NCBI GenBank assembly: GCA_016218805.1
Contig: JACRCW010000042.1
Span: 1-64,000 of the forward strand
Source: Deltaproteobacteria bacterium
Lineage (GTDB): Bacteria > Myxococcota > JACRCW01
Reading direction: 5' to 3'
Length of the DNA: 64,000 bases
Below are positions 26,512 through 36,686 of the stretch, piece after piece. Numbering within the stretch: position 1 is the first letter of the stretch; each line of letters opens with the position of its first letter. Under the pieces are notes generated by a model, which saw nothing but the letters and a program-made list of their open reading frames with translations, did no database searches and had not been told where the DNA came from. Made by a program: the position numbers and the translations under genes.

Positions 26512-29460
26512 TCAGGGGGCCACCACGTCCTCCACCCGCAACGCCCGGCGAGCCCGCTGGATGTCCACGTACTCCAGCGCCAGTGCCGCACCCCGCTGGT
26601 TGTTCTCCTCCAGCCAGTTCATGCGCGCGCCGTAGTACAGCACCTCGGGATGCGCCCGCCGCCACGGGAGGTCCTGCAGCAACGGCTCCACCGCCTGCTG
26701 CGCGCGCCAACGCCAGTTGGCGCGGTACAGCAGGTACGCGTACAGCAACCGGTAGGCGTGCCCCTGCTTCTCCAGGTCCGGGAACGTCTCAAACACCTCC
26801 AACGCCTTGCGGTCATGCCCCTCAATCATGGCAATGGCCGCCCGCTGGTAACGCGGGTCCTCCAGCGCCTGCTCGTCCTCCTGGATGACCTGGATCTCGT
26901 CATTGCCCGTCAGCACGTCCAGCGCCTCCAGCACGCGCGTCATGCGGTCCTCCACCCCGCCGCCCTTCCCCACCGCGTGCACCGCCAGCGCGCGCGCGTC
27001 ATCCACCAGCCCCGCGCGCAACATCGCCTCCGCCAGCACCACCGCCTGCTCGTCCGGCGGGCGCGGCCGCAGGCGCGCCACCTTGCTCAGCAGGGCTTTG
27101 CGGCGGCCGGCCACCTGGCGCATGAACGGCAGCTCCGGCTCCCGGTAGGCAAACGCCACCAGGTCCTGCGGCGCGTTGAGCTCCACGTACATGTTGTCAT
27201 CCGTGTTCTCCGAAAACCCCGCCGTGAACCGCTCCAGCGCCGCCCGGTCCAGCAGCACCAGCGGCAGCACGTCCAGCGGCCACCGGATGTCCGCGCGCTT
27301 GAGCTGCCAGCGCACCGGCGGCTGCTCCCAGCGCGCCGTGAGCAGGTCCTCGTCCAGCACCAGCGGCGCGTTGCTGCCCACCATGAACGTGTCATTGCTG
27401 TCCGCGTGCGCCACGAACACCAGCACGTGCGGGAACACCGTGGCGAACGTGCCCATCAGTGACTGGATGCGCTCGCTGGACAGCTCGTACAGCTGCACCC
27501 ACTGCAGGAACACGCCGTCCGCCGCCAGGCGCGAACGGGCAAGCAGCCAGAACTCACGCGTGAACAGGTTGGAGGCGCCGGTGATCCAGGGGTTGGATGG
27601 CTCGGAGATGATGATGTCGTACGGGGGGCCGGGCCGCTCCAGGTGGTGGCGCCCGTCATCAAACACGCCCACGTAGCGCGGGTCCTCCCACGGGCGGCGG
27701 TTGACCGCCGCAAACAGCTCGCCCGCCTCCACCACGGCGGGCTCCAGTTCCACCATCTCCAGCCGCGTGATGCCCGGGTGGGACAGCAGCGCATCCGCCG
27801 TCACGCCAGATCCGAAGCCGATGACACACGCGACGTGCGGCGCAGGGTGCAGCAGCACCGGCAGCAGGCCGGAGAGGACCTGGGTGTGCATGTCGCCCTC
27901 GCTGGAGGCGTCCGTCTTGCCGTTGACCTTGAGGCTGACGCGGCCTTCGTACTCCTCCACGGTGACGGTGGTAGCCAGGCCGTCACGGCGGAAGATGACG
28001 TTGGGCTCCGGCAGGGCGTCCTCCCACGCGGTGCGCGCCAGGTAGACGCGGAACGCGCCCACGCTCCACTGCCCCACGTCAAAACCCGGCCACAGCGCCA
28101 GCAGCGCGGCAGAGACCAGCGCGGCCAGCGCCCAACTGCGGCGGTGGGAGGCCAGCCACACGGCACCCGCACCGATGATGACGACGCTCAGCGACTGCGC
28201 CGCGTGGTCCACGCCCAGCGCGGGGGCCAGCAGGAACCCGGCGGAGGTGGCGCCCAGGATGGCCCCGCCGGTGTTGATGGCGTACGCGCGCCCGACGAGC
28301 GAACCGAAGTCCCCGCCGCGGGCGTTCACGCCGGCGGCGCGCAGTGCGCACGGCAGCACGGCGCCAAAGCCGATGGCGGCGGGCACCATGGTGAGCACCG
28401 CGCACAGCAGCATGGCGGCCCACATGCCCCACGGGGTGACGTCCGGATCCTTGGCCGCGGCGAACACCACCCACGGCAACCCATCAATCAGCCACGTCCC
28501 CGCAAACGCCGCCAGCCCCGTCCCCACCAGCACCAGCCCCAGCGCGGAGCGCGGGTGCCAGCCAGCGGCGGTGGGGGTGGAGGACAGCCGCGCGCCCAGC
28601 GCCAACCCTGTGAGGAACGCGGCCAGCATCAGGCTGAACGCGTGCACGGATGACCCGACGACCATGGACAGGCCGCGCGCCCACAGCACCTCCAGCGCCA
28701 TGGCCACCGCGCCGGACAGGCCGTACAGCCACAGCGCGGCGGGCGTGGCCGCCGCGGCGGGCGTCGTCGGCGCGGGCACCGGCGTGGGGCCGGGCGTTCC
28801 CGCGCGCCACCACAGGGTGAGCGCGAACAACCCCGCCAGCGTGTCCAGCCCCGCGGCCAGCGTGTTGGTGCCGTTCACGCCCAGCGCCGGGAACGCGCCG
28901 TAGGTGGCGCCCAGCGTGCCGGCCACCGCGCCCAGCGTGTTGGCGGCGTACAGGAAGCCCACGCGGCCGGCGCGGTCTTCGCCGTCATCCACGTCCGCGT
29001 CCACCAGCGCGGCCAGGCACGGCAGCGTGGCGCCCATCAGCGAGGTGGGAAACAGCAGCACCGCGCCCGCGGCCAGAAAGCGCACCGCCGCCATGGACCA
29101 CGGCCCGTCTCCCAGCCCCAGCACGCCGGACAGCGGCCCGGTGGAGGACAGCAGCCACGGCACGGCCAGCGCGTACCCGGCAATGAGCAACTCCATCACG
29201 CCATAGGCCAGCGCGGGGTGGAAGCGCCGGCGCACCACGGGGGCAAGCCACAGGCTGCCCGCCGCCAGTCCGCCCATGTACGCGGCCAGCACCGCGCTGG
29301 TGGCCACGGCGGACCCGCCGAACAACAGGTGCAGCCGCCGGTTCCACACCACCTCCAGCATCAGCGCGCCCGCACCGGAGACCAGGAACGCCAGGGCCAG
29401 GCCGGCGCGCTGCAGCGCGGCCATCCGTGCACCGGGCAGGCTGGCGGCGGAGGACACCAT
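26512..29460 (-). CDS. Fused multi-TM (MFS-like)/spermidine synthase family protein with helical C-terminal tail
   Basis: SGAGALMLEVVW repeat TM module; VIGFGSGVT SAM-binding motif, VELEPAVV, DDGRH, YDIIISEPSNPW..LFTREF. Confidence 0.92.
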   Translation of the reverse strand: MVSSAASLPGARMAALQRAGLALAFLVSGAGALMLEVVWNRRLHLLFGGSAVATSAVLAAYMGGLAAGSLWLAPVVRRRFHPALAYGVMELLIAGYALAVPWLLSSTGPLSGVLGLGDGPWSMAAVRFLAAGAVLLFPTSLMGATLPCLAALVDADVDDGEDRAGRVGFLYAANTLGAVAGTLGATYGAFPALGVNGTNTLAAGLDTLAGLFALTLWWRAGTPGPTPVPAPTTPAAAATPAALWLYGLSGAVAMALEVLWARGLSMVVGSSVHAFSLMLAAFLTGLALGARLSSTPTAAGWHPRSALGLVLVGTGLAAFAGTWLIDGLPWVVFAAAKDPDVTPWGMWAAMLLCAVLTMVPAAIGFGAVLPCALRAAGVNARGGDFGSLVGRAYAINTGGAILGATSAGFLLAPALGVDHAAQSLSVVIIGAGAVWLASHRRSWALAALVSAALLALWPGFDVGQWSVGAFRVYLARTAWEDALPEPNVIFRRDGLATTVTVEEYEGRVSLKVNGKTDASSEGDMHTQVLSGLLPVLLHPAPHVACVIGFGSGVTADALLSHPGITRLEMVELEPAVVEAGELFAAVNRRPWEDPRYVGVFDDGRHHLERPGPPYDIIISEPSNPWITGASNLFTREFWLLARSRLAADGVFLQWVQLYELSSERIQSLMGTFATVFPHVLVFVAHADSNDTFMVGSNAPLVLDEDLLTARWEQPPVRWQLKRADIRWPLDVLPLVLLDRAALERFTAGFSENTDDNMYVELNAPQDLVAFAYREPELPFMRQVAGRRKALLSKVARLRPRPPDEQAVVLAEAMLRAGLVDDARALAVHAVGKGGGVEDRMTRVLEALDVLTGNDEIQVIQEDEQALEDPRYQRAAIAMIEGHDRKALEVFETFPDLEKQGHAYRLLYAYLLYRANWRWRAQQAVEPLLQDLPWRRAHPEVLYYGARMNWLEENNQRGAALALEYVDIQRARRALRVEDVVAP

Positions 29461-29466
29461 GGGCGG

Positions 29467-30582
29467 TCAGAGGTTGAGGATCTGCAGCGCGGTGCGCAGT
29501 TCCCGGACCAGCATGTCCACTTCGCGCAGGTCTTCGTAGAGCTCCGGGGCGGGGCTGTCCGCGTACAGCACCATGCGCAGCTGGTCACCCTTGAAGACGG
29601 GCATCACCATCATTACCTGCGGGCGCGGCGGCCCCAGCGTCTCATGCATGAGCTGCCAGCCGGGGCCTTCCGGAATGGCGCCGTAATACGGGCGCTCCAC
29701 GCCGCGCGGCACCTCCAGTTCCATGAGCCCGTGGCGCACAAACCCGTGCGTGCCCACCACAAACGGCGGCCGCCCCAGCATGTCCAGCACCACCACGCGC
29801 GGGAAGAAGTTGCAAAGGAACGCCAGCACCACGTCCGCCATGGCGCGCACGCTGGTGGAGGTGAGGATCTCTTCGGCGGCCTGGCCCACGTCCGCAATGC
29901 GCCGCATGCCCGGGCGGATGGTGGTGACCGGAATCTGCGGCAGCGTGACCGCGCGCGGGATCACGCGGATGGCGGAGCCCACGGCGGGCATCACCGGCAT
30001 GGTGATGGCGCGTGGCGTCTTGTGGCGCACGTGCTGCAGCGGCGCATGGAAGCCCTGCGGGATGGTGACGGCGCGCGGCACGGCGGCGGCCAGGCGGGAG
30101 GCGCTCTGGGGGCGGCCAAAGCCCTGCGGCGGAGGCGGCGGCGCGGCGGGCGGGTAGATGCGCGCGCGCGCGGACTCCACGGCGGGCTCCGTGGCGACGT
30201 GCAGGACCACCCGCGCGCCCACGTGCTGCTGCATGGGGGCGTGGCCCAGCAGGCTGTATGGGTCATACAGGGCCACGGCCAGGCCGCCCTCCGGGAGCAT
30301 GGCAAAGGGCACCACGCGCCAGGGCTGCGCCACCTCCGCCGGCAGCACGCGGGACAGCATGCGCGGCGCGCTGATGACGTCACCGTCGTCCGCCAGGGGG
30401 AGCCCCACCGCGCGGGCAATGGCCTCCGCAATGGCCTCCGGCGTGAGCATGCCCAGCGTGACCAGCGTGTCCCCCAGCCAGCCGCCCGCGCGCGCCCACA
30501 CCGTGCGCGCGTGCGCCAGGCGCGTGGCGTCCAGGGCGCCCATGCGCATCAGGATGCTCTCAAGGTCCGGCGCGTTGGACAT
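29467..30582 (-). CDS. GspE/PilB N-terminal (MshEN/T2SSE_N) domain protein without ATPase
   Basis: LESILMRMG..LGDTLVTLGML..AIA, LPAEVAQPWRVVPF..LAVALYDP; GAF-like C-terminus (VMPVFKG..MVLYAD). Confidence 0.75.
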   Translation of the reverse strand: MSNAPDLESILMRMGALDATRLAHARTVWARAGGWLGDTLVTLGMLTPEAIAEAIARAVGLPLADDGDVISAPRMLSRVLPAEVAQPWRVVPFAMLPEGGLAVALYDPYSLLGHAPMQQHVGARVVLHVATEPAVESARARIYPPAAPPPPPQGFGRPQSASRLAAAVPRAVTIPQGFHAPLQHVRHKTPRAITMPVMPAVGSAIRVIPRAVTLPQIPVTTIRPGMRRIADVGQAAEEILTSTSVRAMADVVLAFLCNFFPRVVVLDMLGRPPFVVGTHGFVRHGLMELEVPRGVERPYYGAIPEGPGWQLMHETLGPPRPQVMMVMPVFKGDQLRMVLYADSPAPELYEDLREVDMLVRELRTALQILNL

Positions 30583-30594
30583 GGCGGCGCGGGC

Positions 30595-30933
30595 TCAGTG
30601 CGTCCGGTCCCCGCCGGGCGGGGCCACGTAACGCGCATCCGGCACGGCCGCGGCGGGCCCGGCGGGAACGGCCCGGTCATCCCGCAGCCGGTCGTGCGTG
30701 TCAGCGAGTTCCTGCGGCGTCAGCGCGCCGCGGTCCACCAGCGCGCGCGCCAGCACGCGCAGTGACTCGTCCTGCTGGCGGGCGCGCTCCCGGGTTTCCT
30801 CCAGCGCGGTGGCCAGGGCCGCCAGCTGTTCATCACACCGCCGCAGCCGCCCGTGGAGGTCCCACACCATGCCGCCCACGGCCGCCAGCCCCAGCACGAC
30901 GAGCACCACCACGACGGAAAGGATGACGTCCAC
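30595..30933 (-). CDS. Small membrane-anchored coiled-coil protein (start uncertain)
   Basis: One TM helix (VILSVVVVLVVLGLAAVG), then a coiled coil and LARALVDRGALTPQEL; co-oriented with the downstream gene. Confidence 0.6.
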   Translation of the reverse strand: MDVILSVVVVLVVLGLAAVGGMVWDLHGRLRRCDEQLAALATALEETRERARQQDESLRVLARALVDRGALTPQELADTHDRLRDDRAVPAGPAAAVPDARYVAPPGGDRTH

Positions 30934-31028
30934 GGCGGTGGCACCATGCAGGACGGACCACGGTCTTGGCAACCGGCCCGCGCGCCGCGGCGTTGAGCTG
31001 CGGCGCACCGGCTGGTAGCGCTGCGCGC

Positions 31029-31967
31029 ATGCCTCCCATCCCGCGCCCCGGCACCCACCCGCGCACGGTCACCACCACCACCGTGCGGGACACCCGCCCC
31101 GCCGTCACCAGCAGCACCGGCACCGCCAGCGTGGTGCGGGCACCGGATGGCCTGGAGATCAGCGCACCCGCGCCCCGCGGCCCGGTGTCCCTGTCCCGCG
31201 CGGAGGTGGTGGCCGCCGCGCGCCGCGCCGGCGTGCCGCAGCGCGTGCAGATTGGGCCCACTTGCGGTCTTTACGCGCTGGGCATGGTGATGGACGCGTG
31301 GCACGCGGCGGACCCGCGCCACCCCACGGTGGCCGTGCAGGACGCGGACTTCCACGGGATGGGCCGGAACCTCAACTACGCGCCCACCCGCAATGAGGGC
31401 ATGCTGGACTACGCACGGCAAGCCGGTTTCACCGCCGCGGGGGAGATGTTCACCGCCTCGCAGCTGGCGCAGGTGGCGTCACACTTCGGATACACGGCCA
31501 GCGTGCATGACCACTCCACGCTGGATGAGCTGTACCGTGTGCTGGACGGCGGCCACCCGGCCATTGTGGCCTTTGACGTGGACCACAACGGCAACCCAGG
31601 TGACTACGACGGGATGCGTGCCCACTACGCGGTGATTGAAGGGTACTTTGACGAGGGTGGCGAGCGCTTCCTGGTAGCGCGGCACGGGTGGGGCGTGGAG
31701 CAGGACCACGTGTGGCGCGCGGCGGACTTTGCCAGGTCCTGGCAGGCGCTGGAGTACACGGACTACTACGGCACGCCCGGTGACGGCGTGGTGCCCGCGC
31801 GTCCGGAGTTGGGGATGCCCGCCGCGGCGGAGCCGGGGCAGATGCACCTGCCCGACGTGGGCGGCGGCCGCGCCGGCATTGCGGAGAGCCTGGCGCTCAA
31901 GATTGTGGAGGTGGTTCCCAAGGGGGAGCAGCCCAAGGGCGGCACCGTTGTCACTGCACCGCGTTAG
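31029..31967 (+). CDS. C39-like cysteine protease, ACTMAP/C19orf54-like
   Basis: QIGPTCGLYAL (catalytic Cys), GFTAAGEMFT, AFDVDHNGNP..G.RAHYAVIEG (catalytic His). Confidence 0.8.
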   Translation: MPPIPRPGTHPRTVTTTTVRDTRPAVTSSTGTASVVRAPDGLEISAPAPRGPVSLSRAEVVAAARRAGVPQRVQIGPTCGLYALGMVMDAWHAADPRHPTVAVQDADFHGMGRNLNYAPTRNEGMLDYARQAGFTAAGEMFTASQLAQVASHFGYTASVHDHSTLDELYRVLDGGHPAIVAFDVDHNGNPGDYDGMRAHYAVIEGYFDEGGERFLVARHGWGVEQDHVWRAADFARSWQALEYTDYYGTPGDGVVPARPELGMPAAAEPGQMHLPDVGGGRAGIAESLALKIVEVVPKGEQPKGGTVVTAPR

Positions 31968-32943
31968 GCTCTCCGGTCTCCCGCGGGAGGCCTCCATCCG
32001 CTGGCGCACGCCGGCCGTGGCCACTTCCGGCGCGCGCTGTTCGGGCGTGGCGCGCTGGGGCGCGGGCCTGGTGTTCCGCGCGGAGGGTGCGGGCCTGGCG
32101 CCGGGCATCCACGTGGAGGAGAGCGGGCTCACGCGCGCGGTGCTGGCGGACAGCGCGGCTTGGCGGTGGGTCACGCCGCGGGTGACGGCGGGCGTGCTCA
32201 CCGCGGGCGGGCTGCCGCGTGATCGCGTGGGGGGGCACGTGGAGGCGGTGGCGTTCCGGGTGGAAGGCCGGGACCCGGTGGTGGTGCCCGGGCACGCGTG
32301 GGCGGTCCGTGACGACGGCAAAGCAGCCGTGGTGGCGGACGCGCGCGGGGCGCAGGTCCACCGCGTGTGGCTTCAGACGGGCGCCGTGGAACCGCTGTGC
32401 GCGCTGGCCGGTGAGGTGGACCCGCTGAGTCCGCCGTGGGTGGGCCTGGACGCCGCGGGAGTGGTGCTGCTGGCGCACGCGCCCACCGCGCGCGGCGAGG
32501 TCACGCTGGAATCCGTGACGCTGGAGAGCGGCGAGCGCCGCGTGCTGCACGGGCCGGTGCCGGGGCCCGCGTGGGTCACCGCCGCGGCAGCCGGCGCGCG
32601 GGTGGTGGTGTTTGAGATGCGGCTGGGGGATGCGCCTGTGTTCCGCATCCTGGCGGTGGACGGTGGGAGGCCGGCGCGCACGCTGGCCGAGCTGCCGCGC
32701 GCGCAGCCGTGGGGCGAACCGGTTCTCGTGGATGAGCAATGCCTGGTGGCCCCGCTGTCTCTGGCGTCCCATGCGGAGGCCACGCACGGTCCGGTGGAGC
32801 TGGTGGCGCTGCGGCTGGACGGCGGGACGCCGGTGCCGCTCACGCGTGAGGGCTCCATCCGCGGGACGCTGCGCAATCAGCGCGGCACGCTGGTGCTGGA
32901 AGGCGGCCGTCAGCTGGGCGAAGTGCTGCTCACGCGTCCCTGA
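31948..32943 (+). CDS. Hypothetical beta-strand-rich (propeller-like) protein; start uncertain
   Basis: Long GC3-rich ORF overlapping the protease stop; TTG start candidate; patterns such as AVRDDGKAAVV and LDGGTPVPLT. Confidence 0.55.
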   Translation: MSLHRVRLSGLPREASIRWRTPAVATSGARCSGVARWGAGLVFRAEGAGLAPGIHVEESGLTRAVLADSAAWRWVTPRVTAGVLTAGGLPRDRVGGHVEAVAFRVEGRDPVVVPGHAWAVRDDGKAAVVADARGAQVHRVWLQTGAVEPLCALAGEVDPLSPPWVGLDAAGVVLLAHAPTARGEVTLESVTLESGERRVLHGPVPGPAWVTAAAAGARVVVFEMRLGDAPVFRILAVDGGRPARTLAELPRAQPWGEPVLVDEQCLVAPLSLASHAEATHGPVELVALRLDGGTPVPLTREGSIRGTLRNQRGTLVLEGGRQLGEVLLTRP

Positions 32944-33880
32944 GCGTGCGGGCGATCTCCAGGCCCACGCGCCGCGCCTCAGCGACGTCACTGCCCGGCA
33001 GCGTCACCGCGCCCACCGCCGGGTGCCCGCCGCCGCCGTACTTCTCACACAGCCGGGAGATGTCATGCCGCCGCTTGTGCGGTGACCAGGGGTTGCTGCC
33101 CACGCTCACCTTGGCGCGCCGCGCCGACGCGGTGACCCCCACGCTGTAGGCCGCGTCCGGGAACAGGTAGTAGCCAATGAACTTGTTGAACCCGTCCATG
33201 TTCCACTCGGTCAGGTCAAAGTGGACCACTTCGCCCTCGCAGCGCGCGCGCTGGCGCACGCGCTTGACCGCTTCCAGGTGCTCCCGCTGGATGGGCTCAA
33301 ACCGCGCGCGCACGTCCGGTGCGGACGCCACAGCCAGTCCGCCGGCATCCAACCGCGGGATCAGCGAAGTGCAGAACGCGTCATCCGAGACTTCAATCAC
33401 CGTCATCAGCTGCAGCGCCGGTTCCAGCAGTTCCACGGCGACACCGGGGGACTCAAACCGCGCCGAGTCAATGATGTCCGCCCAGCGCACCAGCTCAGCC
33501 AGGTCCTCCCAGCGGATGCCGAACTTCTCCTGCGCCACCGCCGTGATGAGCTTGGTGCAGGAGGTACAGGCCGGGTCATAGAACTTGCGGCCGGAGCGGT
33601 CCGCATCAAAGTGCGCGCGGTCCTCCGCGTTGGCAAACGCGCTCTGGTGGTGATCAAACCACCAGGTAAGCGCGGGCGAGGTGGTGTACTTGAAGTCGAG
33701 GATCGCGTTCTCGTCGCCGTCCAATTCCGCGGTGCCGGGGACGTGGCCCTTCTGGTGGGCCAGTGCGCGGAATTCGATCTGCGCGTTCTTCTGGCCGATG
33801 GCGCGGTACAACCGGGTGAACAACACGGCGGACGTGCATCCGTCGAAACACCTGCCGTGGTAACCCACCCTCACCCTCAT
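32930..33880 (-). CDS. DHH family phosphoesterase
   Basis: YHGRCFDG, AILDF, WWFDHHQS, ADIIDSA, GGGHPAVG. Confidence 0.92.
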   Translation of the reverse strand: MRVRVGYHGRCFDGCTSAVLFTRLYRAIGQKNAQIEFRALAHQKGHVPGTAELDGDENAILDFKYTTSPALTWWFDHHQSAFANAEDRAHFDADRSGRKFYDPACTSCTKLITAVAQEKFGIRWEDLAELVRWADIIDSARFESPGVAVELLEPALQLMTVIEVSDDAFCTSLIPRLDAGGLAVASAPDVRARFEPIQREHLEAVKRVRQRARCEGEVVHFDLTEWNMDGFNKFIGYYLFPDAAYSVGVTASARRAKVSVGSNPWSPHKRRHDISRLCEKYGGGGHPAVGAVTLPGSDVAEARRVGLEIARTLRDA

Positions 33881-34043
33881 GACTGCCACCCGTTCCTTCG
33901 AGGGAGGGCGGGACGCTAGGGGATGCCGCCAACGGCGGCAACCCGCCGCGGGGTTGAAGCCGCCAACGCATGCGTTGCCGGCACCGTGCCGCACCCGGTT
34001 GCGCTGACGGACCTCAGACCGGGGTGGTAGTCCTCGGCGCCCC

Positions 34044-36674
34044 ATGGGCGAGAACGCGGCCAGCCAGGCACTCGTGAAGGTGCCGCAGACGGGCGACGCC
34101 ATCACGGCGCGCGGCGTTCCCGACCGGACGACGCTGCCGGTCAGCGCCTGTGCCGCGCGCTACCTGGATCCCATCCACTATGACCCCGTGGACGTGGAGC
34201 GCATCCGCGAACTGTCCCGCAAGGGCACGGTGGTCTACACGCACCGCTCCGCAAACTGGGTGGACATCCTGCTGCTGCAGCGGCAGCTGCCCAAGCATGA
34301 CCTGCCGCGCGCGGAGTTTGTGGCGGGTTTCAACACGCGCATGTTCCACCCCATCTGGACGTGGTTCCGCCGTGACCATGAGCCCGGCGCCCCCGCGGAC
34401 CCGGTGGCCCGCGAGGAGTGGCGCCTGTTCCGCACGCTCACTGAGCAGAAGAGCGCGCTGGTGTTTCTCAAGCACCCCTCCACGCTGGTGAACCCGCGCC
34501 CGGCGCAACAGGCGCACTACGCGCGCGCCATCATCCGCGCGCAGCGGGAGAGCAGCCGCCCCATCTTCCTGGTTCCGCAGGTCATCATCTGGATCCACCG
34601 CCCGGGGCACTTCCGGCCCACGCTGTCAGACGTGGTCTTTGGCACCTCTGACAGTCCCGGCGCCATGCGCGCACTGGGCATTGCGTGGCTGCTGTACCGC
34701 TGGGCCAAGATCCGCGTGGCGGAGGCGGTCAACGTCCAGGAGTTCCTGGAGCGTTTCAAGGAACTGTCTGACGACGCGCTGGCCCGCAAGCTGCGCTTCC
34801 TGCTCAACTTTGGCCTGGGGCGCGAGCAGCACATCCTCAACGGCCCGCCGCTCAAGACACACGCACGCATGCGCGAGGAAACGCTGCGCGACCCGCGGCT
34901 CAACAAGGCCATTGCGCAGATTTCCCAGGCGGAGAACCGGCCCGTGGCCGCGCTGCTGGACCGGGCGCGCAAGCAATACGACGAGATTGCCTCCAAGTTT
35001 GACGTGGACGCGATGAGCGTTCTGGATTGGCTGCTGCGCGTGGTGTGGAACCGCATCTACGACGGCGTGGAAGTGGACCCCGCGGACATCCGCAAGCTCA
35101 AGGAGACCGCCCGCCGCGGCCCGCTGGTGCTGCTGCCCTGCCACCGCAGCCACGTGGACTACCTGGTGCTGGGACAGGTGCTCTACTGGAACGGGATGAT
35201 GCCGCCGCTGGTGGCCGCGGGCCTCAACCTCTCCTTCTGGCCGCTGGGCCCCATGTTCCGCCGCGGCGGTGCGTACTTCATCCGGCGCACCTTCAAGGGT
35301 GACGCGCTGTACCCGCACATGGTGCGTACGTACATCAAACACATGCTGCGCGAAGGCTTCTACCAGGAGTTCTTCATTGAGGGCGGGCGCAGCCGCACGG
35401 GGAAGACGCTGCCACCCAAGCTGGGCATGCTGTCCATCGTCGTGGATGCGTTCCTGGAGGGCGTGCAGAAGGACGTGGCGGTCATCCCGGTGCACATTGG
35501 GTATGAGAAGATTGTGGAGAGCCGCTCCTACGCGCGCGAACTGGCCGGCGGCGCCAAGGAGAAGGAGTCCATCAAGGGGCTGCTCTCCGCCGGCAGCGTC
35601 CTGCGCCACAAGTACGGCCGCGTGTACGTCACCTTTGATGAGCCCATCATGATGCGGGAGTTCCTGGTTGACCGCGGACTGCAGCCGGAGGCGGAGAACG
35701 AACCGCTGCGGGTCAAGGCGGCAGTGCGGTCACTGGGCCACCGCGTGGTGTACGGCATCAACCGCAGCGCCGTGGTCACCCCCACCGCCGTGGCCGCGCT
35801 GGGCCTGCTGGGCCACGTGCGGCGCGGACTGCCGCACTCCGTGCTGCTGGGGTATTCGCAGCGGATCCTGGAGCACGTGCTGCTGGTCAGCGGGAACAAC
35901 GCGCGCATCTCCCCCGTCCTGCAACAGGACCTGGAAGCCGCCCTGCGCGAAGCCATGACCCGCCTGGCCGAGGAACGCCTGGTGGAAATCAGCAGCGCCA
36001 ACGGCGAGGTGTTCTACCGCCCCATCGACAGCCGCCGCGTGGCGCTGGATTACTACAAGAACAATATCGTCCATTTCTTTGTGCCGGATGCCATTGTGGC
36101 CGCGTCCCTGCGCAGCCTCCGCCCCGCCCCCGGCGAAGCCGTCCCGCTGGACCGCGTCAAGGAACGCGCCCGCCTGCTGTCACGCCTGCTCAAGATGGAG
36201 TTCCATTTCCGCAAGGGACCGTTTGATGCGCTGTTTGATGAGGCGCTCATGCGCTCCGTCAACAAAGGGTACCTGTCCGTGGCGGATGGGTGCGTGGCGC
36301 TGGGACGGGATCCGTTGAGTGATCAGCTCGCGCGGTTTGTCGCCAACCTGCTCACCAACTTCCTGGAGGGGTACGCCATTGCGTTTGAACACGTGCGCGC
36401 ACTGGTCACCCACTCCGTGGCCAAACGCGAGGTCATCTCCACCGTGCTGGACCGCTCCCGCGCGTCCTTCCTCGCTGGCGAAATGGTGCACGGGGAGAGC
36501 GTCAATAAGGCCGTTATCGAAAACGTCGTGGACCTGCTCATTGATCTTGGCGTGCTCAACACGTCCGGCGAGGGGTCCCAGACCACCGTGTCACCCGGCG
36601 ACAACTTTGCCACGCGGATGGCGGACCTGGTCCAGGAAAGTCACCTGTTCCTGGACCAGAGCCCGCGTGACTGA
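34044..36674 (+). CDS. plsB: Glycerol-3-phosphate acyltransferase PlsB-like
   Basis: CHRSHVDY (HxxxxD), AAGLNL, GAYFIRRTF, FFIEGGRSRTGK, IPVHIGYEKI. Confidence 0.9.
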   Translation: MGENAASQALVKVPQTGDAITARGVPDRTTLPVSACAARYLDPIHYDPVDVERIRELSRKGTVVYTHRSANWVDILLLQRQLPKHDLPRAEFVAGFNTRMFHPIWTWFRRDHEPGAPADPVAREEWRLFRTLTEQKSALVFLKHPSTLVNPRPAQQAHYARAIIRAQRESSRPIFLVPQVIIWIHRPGHFRPTLSDVVFGTSDSPGAMRALGIAWLLYRWAKIRVAEAVNVQEFLERFKELSDDALARKLRFLLNFGLGREQHILNGPPLKTHARMREETLRDPRLNKAIAQISQAENRPVAALLDRARKQYDEIASKFDVDAMSVLDWLLRVVWNRIYDGVEVDPADIRKLKETARRGPLVLLPCHRSHVDYLVLGQVLYWNGMMPPLVAAGLNLSFWPLGPMFRRGGAYFIRRTFKGDALYPHMVRTYIKHMLREGFYQEFFIEGGRSRTGKTLPPKLGMLSIVVDAFLEGVQKDVAVIPVHIGYEKIVESRSYARELAGGAKEKESIKGLLSAGSVLRHKYGRVYVTFDEPIMMREFLVDRGLQPEAENEPLRVKAAVRSLGHRVVYGINRSAVVTPTAVAALGLLGHVRRGLPHSVLLGYSQRILEHVLLVSGNNARISPVLQQDLEAALREAMTRLAEERLVEISSANGEVFYRPIDSRRVALDYYKNNIVHFFVPDAIVAASLRSLRPAPGEAVPLDRVKERARLLSRLLKMEFHFRKGPFDALFDEALMRSVNKGYLSVADGCVALGRDPLSDQLARFVANLLTNFLEGYAIAFEHVRALVTHSVAKREVISTVLDRSRASFLAGEMVHGESVNKAVIENVVDLLIDLGVLNTSGEGSQTTVSPGDNFATRMADLVQESHLFLDQSPRD

Positions 36675-36686
36675 ATCGGAGGTCCC

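Noticed and set aside
25238..26888. ORFs spanning the 25.6-26.5 kb gap
   Set aside because: Arg/Pro/Gly-rich translations driven by GC content and the tandem repeat; no codon bias or RBS
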